Source: an uncultured Bacilli bacterium
Lineage (GTDB): Bacteria; Bacillota_I; Bacilli_A; RF39; UBA660
Reading direction: 5' to 3'
NCBI GenBank assembly: GCA_947631035.1
Contig: CANRJW010000030.1
Location: 1-15,577, forward strand
Length of the DNA stretch: 15,577 nucleotides
The notes beneath the pieces were generated by a model. The model searched no databases. It worked only from the letters and a program-made list of their open reading frames with translations, and was not told the origin of the DNA. Position numbers and translations under genes: made by a program. The first letter of the stretch is position 1. Each line of letters starts with the position of its first letter. Below, piece by piece: positions 1 through 5,207 of the stretch.

Positions 1-96
1 TTATTATCACATCATCGGTTCCTGAAATTTTGATGGTAAATTGGAATAACTGTCACATTTGTATTATAATTGCACATCAAAAAAGAAGATGTTAAA

Positions 97-116
97 AAAG
101 AAGATTACTCTTCTTT
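97..116 (-). terminator. Weak AT-rich hairpin overlapping the stop codon of the Rpn gene, followed by a T-run on the minus strand
   Basis: AAAGAAGA (97-104) and TCTTCTTT (109-116) are perfect 8-bp complements around a 4-nt loop. The minus strand reads AAAGAAGA-GTAA-TCTTCTTT-TTTAAC. Confidence 0.35.
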
Positions 117-968
117 CAACTTTTGTATTTCTTCTAGAGTCAATCCTGTTGCTTCTGAGATTTGTTCTGCTGTAATAACTCCTAATTGAAGTAACTTCTT
201 AGCTGTAGAAATATAAGCTTGCTTTTCGCCCTCTTCTTTACCTTCTCGTATTCCAGTATTTTTTGCATCTACTAATTCTTGTCTATGCTTTTCTTCTATA
301 TCATAATATCCTGAAAATTCTGGATCAGTACTCAATTCTTTTACTGTTCTTACAACTGCCATATATATTTCGTCTCCTTTATATTTGCTTTCTAATTCTT
401 CTATTTTTCTTTTTTCATAAATAAATTCTGCAAATTTCTTTATCTCTTTAGATATATTATAGGAACTATTGATACAATTTTCAAGAATTAAATGAATGCT
501 TTTATATAGTTCATTTTCTATATGTCCTTCTTCATCTCTTATTAGAAATGTAAGTAATGGCTTTTTTGTTTTAAAGGCATTAAAATTATCTATATTAATT
601 AAAATAAACTTTTGATACAGTGTATCTCCAGCATTTGTATTTTCTACAATTCTACTCATTACATACATACTATTTTTCGGAAATATGACATCAGTCTTAT
701 ATTGATTCATTTCTACGATAATTTGTTGTTCATCATTTACTTTTACTGTAACATCGGTTGATTGCTTCTTTTCGTTTATATTTTTTTTATTGATTTCTTC
801 TCCTCCGATATAGGTAGCATTTTCTAAATATTCCTTTTTTATTCCTGTTAATGCATTTAATATACCAACAGCAAATTTTCTCGTTTTCGGACTTGTCATA
901 ATGACTTTAAATAAAGCATCATTTTTAAAATTTGGATTGTCAAAATATACCTTTCGTTTTTTAACCAA
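105..968 (-). CDS. Rpn family recombination-promoting nuclease / PD-(D/E)XK putative transposase (YhgA-like)
   Basis: N-terminal NDALFKVIM...ILNALTG motif, a D...VEMNQ PD-(D/E)XK-like core, and the typical C-terminal helical tail (AKKLLQLGVITAEQISEATGLTLEEIQKL). I place the start at TTG 968..966, 10 nt after AGGAGG (984..979). The tracked longer start at 1061 overlaps the predicted promoter. Confidence 0.85.
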   Translation of the reverse strand: MVKKRKVYFDNPNFKNDALFKVIMTSPKTRKFAVGILNALTGIKKEYLENATYIGGEEINKKNINEKKQSTDVTVKVNDEQQIIVEMNQYKTDVIFPKNSMYVMSRIVENTNAGDTLYQKFILINIDNFNAFKTKKPLLTFLIRDEEGHIENELYKSIHLILENCINSSYNISKEIKKFAEFIYEKRKIEELESKYKGDEIYMAVVRTVKELSTDPEFSGYYDIEEKHRQELVDAKNTGIREGKEEGEKQAYISTAKKLLQLGVITAEQISEATGLTLEEIQKLKEE

Positions 969-995
969 AACTTTTTTACCTCCTTTCCGAAAGGC

Positions 996-1024
996 ACTAT
1001 AGCAAAGAAAAAAATAACTTGCAA
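996..1024 (-). promoter_or_regulatory. Sigma-70/SigA-type promoter for the Rpn gene
   Basis: On the minus strand: TTGCAA (1024..1019), a 17-nt spacer, then TGcTATAGT (extended -10; hexamer 1001..996). This sits about 20 nt upstream of the SD. Confidence 0.6.
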
Positions 1025-1025
1025 A

Positions 1026-1039
1026 TAACAAATTTGTTA
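1026..1039. promoter_or_regulatory. Perfect 14-bp palindrome TAACAAATTTGTTA abutting the -35 box; candidate operator
   Basis: The sequence is self-complementary as read directly. It lies 1 nt upstream of the -35 of the Rpn promoter. Two 9-bp direct repeats (AATTTTCAA at 1049-1057 and 1061-1069) follow it. Confidence 0.4.
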
Positions 1040-1096
1040 AATTGAAACAATTTTCAAGCAAATTTTCAATAGAAAAAGATAAATTGTTGCCACAAT

Positions 1097-1276
1097 TTAC
1101 CTTTTTTGAGCTAATTTCGATAAAATTAGTATATTTTTAAAAATTTTTACTTTTTTTTCTAATTTTATTTTATTAACTCCTACTTCATATCTAAAATATT
1201 GTTGTTGGGTCATACCTATTTTGGCTAATTCCTTTTGTGATAATCCACAAGAGTTTTTTATTTCTAAGGATTGCAT
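1097..1276 (-). CDS. Small XRE/Cro-C1-type helix-turn-helix protein (59 aa), not in the supplied ORF track
   Basis: Hand translation gives MQSLEIKNSCGLSQKELAKIGMTQQQYFRYEVGVNKIKLEKKVKIFKNILILSKLAQKR*. The GLSQKELAK-IGMTQQQYFRYEVG segment fits the HTH_3 pattern. The ATG at 1276 lies 3 nt after the TAA (1282..1280) of the upstream gene, and no SD is visible. Confidence 0.6.
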   Translation of the reverse strand: MQSLEIKNSCGLSQKELAKIGMTQQQYFRYEVGVNKIKLEKKVKIFKNILILSKLAQKR

Positions 1277-1279
1277 AGG

Positions 1280-2776
1280 TTATTCTACGGCAAGGACAAC
1301 ACGAAAACCATCCCAGACATTCGCTGAACCTTTGTAAAACTCGAAATTAAACACTCCAGCACCTGTTCCCTCTCCATTCCAACCACCACGGAGTACCCAA
1401 GGGCCAGTCGAACTATAAAAGTCGGCGTAATCTCCCCACATCGAACTTATATAATGACTATTAGATAACACAAATGGACCAACTTCGCCGGTAGCATCTC
1501 CAAGTATCCTTCTATCCCAATGTGTTTGATCGGTATAATAAGAATATACATCATAATATCTTAAATCATCGAAATCAGTAGTTGATAATTCACTTGACTC
1601 CCACATTGGCATTCTATTTTGACTATCTAACATAACACTGGCGGTCTGTTCCCAAGATCCTCCACTCATATCATAAACACCACCATAATTTCCGGTTGTA
1701 CTTGCTGATTGAGCATTATCTAATCCTCCATAGGCTGTATTCCCTGTGTATCCTGTCATAAATCCACTATGAGTATTAAGAGACACTTCAGTACATTGAT
1801 TTGTTTTCTTATCGCATCTACCATATATACTTTGTGTTAAATAAGCTACTGCTCCCCATTCCGTATTTTTGATTAAATGACTTTGTAAGTCTGGTTTATA
1901 GTTTTTGGAATTTCTAAAAGAATATGCTATTGTAATAGTTCTCAAACTTGTTACATTTGGTTTTATTCGAATCCCATTATCGTTACTCGCTTCAAACTTG
2001 CCGACCCATAAACCATTTCCTCTAAAGGCTAAAAACGCTGGATGCGTCATCCACTCTTGATAATCACAATTTCCACTTCCTCCAGACTCACCTTGGACTT
2101 CATTATTTAACATCGGCGTTTTGCAAGTTGATTCTCCATTTATTTCTCCATCATCGGTTGTATTATCTAGTCCAAATTTTATTTCTATTGCTAAATTATC
2201 TTTGCTTTCTATTTGAGTCGCTTCTGCATACTTTCCTAATTCTTTATCAAATAACTTATAACTATATTTCGGTATCCATACAAAATAACTTTCTATCCAA
2301 CCCTCTTCTATCTGATTACCTGGTTCAATAGTTTGAGCTTTTCCTGTTGCATTTAATATGACTGCATTTGCCCATCTTTGTTCCTCATAACTATACCATG
2401 CATCGTATAAATTGGCTTTCGTTACTTTTCCATTCTCTCCAATTTCTACTGGTACTAATTCTTCATTTTCATCGAATGCAGGATAGGCTCCATGTAACAT
2501 ATCTTCTGTATACAATTTTGTAAAATCTATATTACATTTTATTTTACTTGCGTTTTTAGGATTTTTTATATGTTCTAAATTCCATTCATAATTGTTCCAT
2601 TCCGCTGTAACATCTTCTTCACATTGTACATCTTGTACGAGATAACCACTATTTCGATTTGGAAAACTTCCACTTACTTTTTCTTTATTTACTGTAAAAG
2701 CTAAGGTTATATCTCCACTCGAAAAATCCGGTACCGTTCCTTTTAATACATCAAATGTTTTTCTTTCTTCATACAT
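1280..2776 (-). CDS. Surface protein with a C-terminal divergent FGE-sulfatase/SUMF1-like (C-type-lectin-fold) domain. It is the 3' part of a gene whose real start is ATG 2969 and which is frameshifted at the G10 tract.
   Basis: FGE-like motifs: TEWGAVAYL, NYGGVYDMSGGSWEQ, VLRGGWNG and a terminal DGFRVVL. There is no SD before ATG 2776. The same frame stays open upstream to 2965 and encodes a TM helix (IIIGSIITIVLIIGGISLY). Confidence 0.7.
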   Translation of the reverse strand: MYEERKTFDVLKGTVPDFSSGDITLAFTVNKEKVSGSFPNRNSGYLVQDVQCEEDVTAEWNNYEWNLEHIKNPKNASKIKCNIDFTKLYTEDMLHGAYPAFDENEELVPVEIGENGKVTKANLYDAWYSYEEQRWANAVILNATGKAQTIEPGNQIEEGWIESYFVWIPKYSYKLFDKELGKYAEATQIESKDNLAIEIKFGLDNTTDDGEINGESTCKTPMLNNEVQGESGGSGNCDYQEWMTHPAFLAFRGNGLWVGKFEASNDNGIRIKPNVTSLRTITIAYSFRNSKNYKPDLQSHLIKNTEWGAVAYLTQSIYGRCDKKTNQCTEVSLNTHSGFMTGYTGNTAYGGLDNAQSASTTGNYGGVYDMSGGSWEQTASVMLDSQNRMPMWESSELSTTDFDDLRYYDVYSYYTDQTHWDRRILGDATGEVGPFVLSNSHYISSMWGDYADFYSSTGPWVLRGGWNGEGTGAGVFNFEFYKGSANVWDGFRVVLAVE

Positions 2777-2900
2777 AGCAAAACTTCGGTATAAACTTAT
2801 ACCTCCGATTATTAATACAATTGTTATTATACTTCCGATTATAATATTTTTTTGTTTTTTATTTTTATTAAATCGCTTTAAGTCCTCTGGTTTCTTATTA

Positions 2901-2969
2901 TTATCTAATATACCCCCCCCCCAGACGACTATTTCGCTTGGTTGGGAGGTTCTTTTTGAAATTATTCAT
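2901..2969 (-). pseudogene. 5' fragment of the surface-protein gene (22 codons), terminated by frameshift after the G10 tract
   Basis: GGAGGAG (2984..2978), 8 nt, then ATG 2969. It reads MNNFKKNLPTKRNSRLGGGYIR followed by TAA TAA TAA. Removing one G fuses it in frame to the 498-aa ORF. Confidence 0.7.
2913..2922 (-). repeat. Homopolymer C10 on plus (G10 on the coding strand); candidate slipped-strand contingency tract
   Basis: Ten consecutive C at 2913-2922 in AT-rich sequence, starting at nt 48 of the CDS that begins at 2969. Confidence 0.9.
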
Positions 2970-2997
2970 TTCTCTTTCTCCTCCATATCTTAATCTA

Positions 2998-3026
2998 ATT
3001 CTACACTTTTTTTGAAGTTTTGACAA
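2998..3026 (-). promoter_or_regulatory. Promoter of the frameshifted surface-protein gene
   Basis: On the minus strand: TTGTCA (3026..3021), a 17-nt spacer, then TAGAAT (3003..2998). This sits about 6 nt upstream of the SD. Confidence 0.5.
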
Positions 3027-3032
3027 GATAGC

Positions 3033-3064
3033 AAAAAAAGAAATCTATGGTCATATAGATTCTG
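3033..3064 (-). terminator. Rho-independent terminator after ttcA
   Basis: AATCTAT (3042-3048) pairs with ATAGATT (3055-3061) around a 6-nt loop and is extendable with a bulge. On the minus strand it is followed by a T7 run (complement of 3033-3039). Confidence 0.6.
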
Positions 3065-3077
3065 TTTTTAAGTATTT

Positions 3078-3905
3078 CTATTTATCATATTCTTCTAAAA
3101 AAGAATGTTTTTCATCATCTTTTCGATAACCTAAAATGCAATTCATATTGATATTATGCATGCTCTTAAAAATGTTATCGTCAATATCCTTTTCTTCTTT
3201 ACGTAGTGTATTAATTAATTTTTTCATTTCAAGGCGTTTGCTTGTTCCATCATCATTAATACTGCAACTTTCTGTAAAACGACAAGCGCAATTAATAAAA
3301 TGTAAATCATTATACTTTGCCCAGGATAAAATAGAATTTTCTTTCACTAAATAAAGTGGTCTTATTAACTCTAATCCGGGAAAATTATCACTATAAAGTT
3401 TTGGCATCATGGTCTTAATTTCAGCACCATAAAACATGGATAATAAAGTAGTTTCAATTACATCATCAAAATGATGCCCCAAAGCAATTTTATTACAACC
3501 TAGTTCTTGTGCCTTATTATAAAGGTGTCCTCTGCGCATTCTAGCACATAAGTAGCAAGGATTTCCTTCTGTTAAAGAACTTACAACATCAAAAATATCG
3601 GTTTCAAACATTTCAATCGGAACATTTAGTATTTTGGCATTTTCTAAGATTTTCTTTTTATTTTCTTCATTATAACCAGGGTTCATAACAACAAAAGAAG
3701 CATCAAAATGAATCTTTCCATGCTTTTTTAATTCTTGAATGCATTTGGCTAGTAAAAAGGAATCCTTTCCTCCACTAATGCAGACCATAATCTTGTCATT
3801 TTCTTTGATAAGTTCATAATCTTTAACTGCTTTGATAAAACGACTCCAAATTTCTTTACGATATGTTTTAATAATACTTCTTTCTACTTCTTGATACTTT
3901 TCCAC
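3078..3905 (-). CDS. ttcA: PP-loop ATPase of the TtcA family (tRNA 2-thiocytidine-type thiolase)
   Basis: SGGKDS PP-loop, the CYLCARMRRGHLY motif and a further Cys cluster (NCACRFTESC). GTG start at 3905 with GAAGG upstream. Confidence 0.8.
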   Translation of the reverse strand: MEKYQEVERSIIKTYRKEIWSRFIKAVKDYELIKENDKIMVCISGGKDSFLLAKCIQELKKHGKIHFDASFVVMNPGYNEENKKKILENAKILNVPIEMFETDIFDVVSSLTEGNPCYLCARMRRGHLYNKAQELGCNKIALGHHFDDVIETTLLSMFYGAEIKTMMPKLYSDNFPGLELIRPLYLVKENSILSWAKYNDLHFINCACRFTESCSINDDGTSKRLEMKKLINTLRKEEKDIDDNIFKSMHNINMNCILGYRKDDEKHSFLEEYDK

Positions 3906-3919
3906 AAAAACTACCTTCT

Positions 3920-4255
3920 TTATTTAAAATACTCTTCTTCGATTAAGGGTGTAATCATAATAACTGGTTCTTCATAAGGATGAACTTCACGAATTTTAGT
4001 TAGTAACCTTTTTACAATAGAAACTGGACAAATCACTTCTATTTTTTCTTCTTCTACTGTTTTAAACACATTTTTTTCTCCAATAAAAGGAGTTGCATTT
4101 TCATTCGGTTTAAAAGTTCCACTACATTTTGTTATTACACTACAACAATTATAATTGCCAATCTTTCCTGCTCCAATTTCAAATAAAGCATCACGAACTT
4201 TTTCTGTGTACTCTAATGGAACATTAATGGCAATTTTTACTTTTGAAAAAGTCAT
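3920..4255 (-). CDS. Small alpha/beta protein resembling the stand-alone Nif3/YqfO insert (PII/CutA-like) domain; function unknown
   Basis: The pattern VKIAINVP...V..ALFEIGAGKIGNY..CS....G.F.P...A.PFIGE......VEE.KIEV.C, recognised from memory. GAGGTGA SD before ATG 4255. Confidence 0.45.
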   Translation of the reverse strand: MTFSKVKIAINVPLEYTEKVRDALFEIGAGKIGNYNCCSVITKCSGTFKPNENATPFIGEKNVFKTVEEEKIEVICPVSIVKRLLTKIREVHPYEEPVIMITPLIEEEYFK

Positions 4256-4315
4256 ATTTTTTCACCTCTTCTTATTCTAGCACAAGTTTCAAAATTTTTT
4301 GCTACTTTTTGTAAT

Positions 4316-4660
4316 TTATGAAAATAAATCTAGTTTTATTCCTACAACGCCATATTGTTCTTGTTTTTCTTTGGGATAAAATTGTTCTAAAGTATTCTTT
4401 AATTCTTCTTTGGTCATCCTTTCATCGGCGAGTAAAGAAATGGGAAAATCGTTCAATAGTTCTTCAAAAGTATTATACTTTAATAAGTCTATCACTTTGG
4501 CTTGAAAAGATTCTTGTAATTCAGGTTCTTTTAAAAATGTAATGGTATCTCCTATTTTAATTTTTTGTCTTTTTTCATCCAAAAGACGAAGTTCGATTCT
4601 TTTGGTACCAAAACGAATAAAATCATAGTATTTTGGTTGTAATTTCATTTCATGTGTCAT
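4316..4660 (-). CDS. ASCH (PUA-like) domain protein
   Basis: MKLQPKYYDFIRFGTKRIELRLLDEKRQKIKIGDTITF is typical of ASCH. ATG 4660 is preceded by GGAAAGGA. The alternative start at 4699 overlaps the nrdG stop (ATGA). Confidence 0.75.
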   Translation of the reverse strand: MTHEMKLQPKYYDFIRFGTKRIELRLLDEKRQKIKIGDTITFLKEPELQESFQAKVIDLLKYNTFEELLNDFPISLLADERMTKEELKNTLEQFYPKEKQEQYGVVGIKLDLFS

Positions 4661-4695
4661 ATATTTTTTTCCTTTCCTTTTATATGAAAAAAACT

Positions 4696-5205
4696 TCATA
4701 CCGTTTGAAGTTCATTTTCATATAATATAATTTTTTTAGTTTTTAATGACTTTTGGACATCAATTACTCTTTGATTGGAAGAACCTCGCCATGCAAGCAT
4801 AGGATTATGAAGTTCATCCATATATTGACCATCCACTAACACATCAATATATTTTAAAACTTCTTTTTCTTTCAAGTCTCGATCAAAGAGAAATCCACTC
4901 CAAACCCATAAAGTTTTTTGGGGGAATTTTTCTTTAAAAGCACGAGCAAGTTTTAAAGTTCCTTCGATATTATTGGGATGCATCGGTTCTCCTCCTAATA
5001 TTGATAAACCAGCAATATACTCTTTTCCACATAAATCTAAGATATGCTCTATTGTTTCGTCGGTAAATTCACGTCCCCCATTAAAATCATGGGTTTCGGG
5101 ATTAAAGCAATTCTTGCAATGAAAAGCACATCCTTGCATAAAAATAGATATACGAACCCCCGGACCATTAGCAATATCCATTTTTCTTATTTTATTGTAA
5201 CGCAT
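4696..5205 (-). CDS. nrdG: Anaerobic ribonucleoside-triphosphate reductase activating protein (radical SAM)
   Basis: The GCAFHCKNCFNPETH cluster, its size, and its position 2 nt downstream of nrdD. Confidence 0.95.
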   Translation of the reverse strand: MRYNKIRKMDIANGPGVRISIFMQGCAFHCKNCFNPETHDFNGGREFTDETIEHILDLCGKEYIAGLSILGGEPMHPNNIEGTLKLARAFKEKFPQKTLWVWSGFLFDRDLKEKEVLKYIDVLVDGQYMDELHNPMLAWRGSSNQRVIDVQKSLKTKKIILYENELQTV

Positions 5206-5207
5206 AT

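Noticed and set aside
1-33. Possible 3' end of a plus-strand gene (...LLSHHRFLKF*) at the window start.
   Set aside because: Only 10 codons are visible and there is no way to verify them, so it is not reported as a feature.
79-105. 12-bp direct repeat AAAAAAGAAGAT occurring twice (79-90 and 94-105) downstream of the Rpn stop codon.
   Set aside because: It is low-complexity A/G sequence that overlaps the weak terminator. It is most simply a duplicated T-tract/terminator segment and is not evidence of an element boundary on its own.
2128-2331. Short ORFs opposite well-supported genes: plus-strand 2128..2331, 3136..3354, 4318..4542, 5044..5238 and 8789..8980, and minus-strand 15286..15567.
   Set aside because: Each lies entirely within, and antisense to, a well-supported CDS (FGE-like, ttcA, ASCH, nrdG, phosphodiester glycosidase, ISAs1 transposase). 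They show low-complexity hydrophobic composition and no translation signals.
1280-3026. Diversity-generating retroelement (DGR) target. C-terminal FGE/C-type-lectin-fold domains are the classic DGR variable-protein scaffold, and the 3' end of the gene is compositionally distinct.
   Set aside because: No reverse-transcriptase ORF is present in any frame of the window. I could find no template-repeat-like second copy of the 3'-terminal ~130 nt nearby. A remote DGR cannot be excluded, but nothing in this window supports one.
4274-4282. Extended -10-like TGcTAGAAT between the ASCH gene and the small PII-like gene, as a possible internal promoter.
   Set aside because: The implied TSS (about 4267) would fall inside the GAGGTGA ribosome-binding site of the downstream gene. 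It is more likely a chance match in AT-rich spacer DNA.
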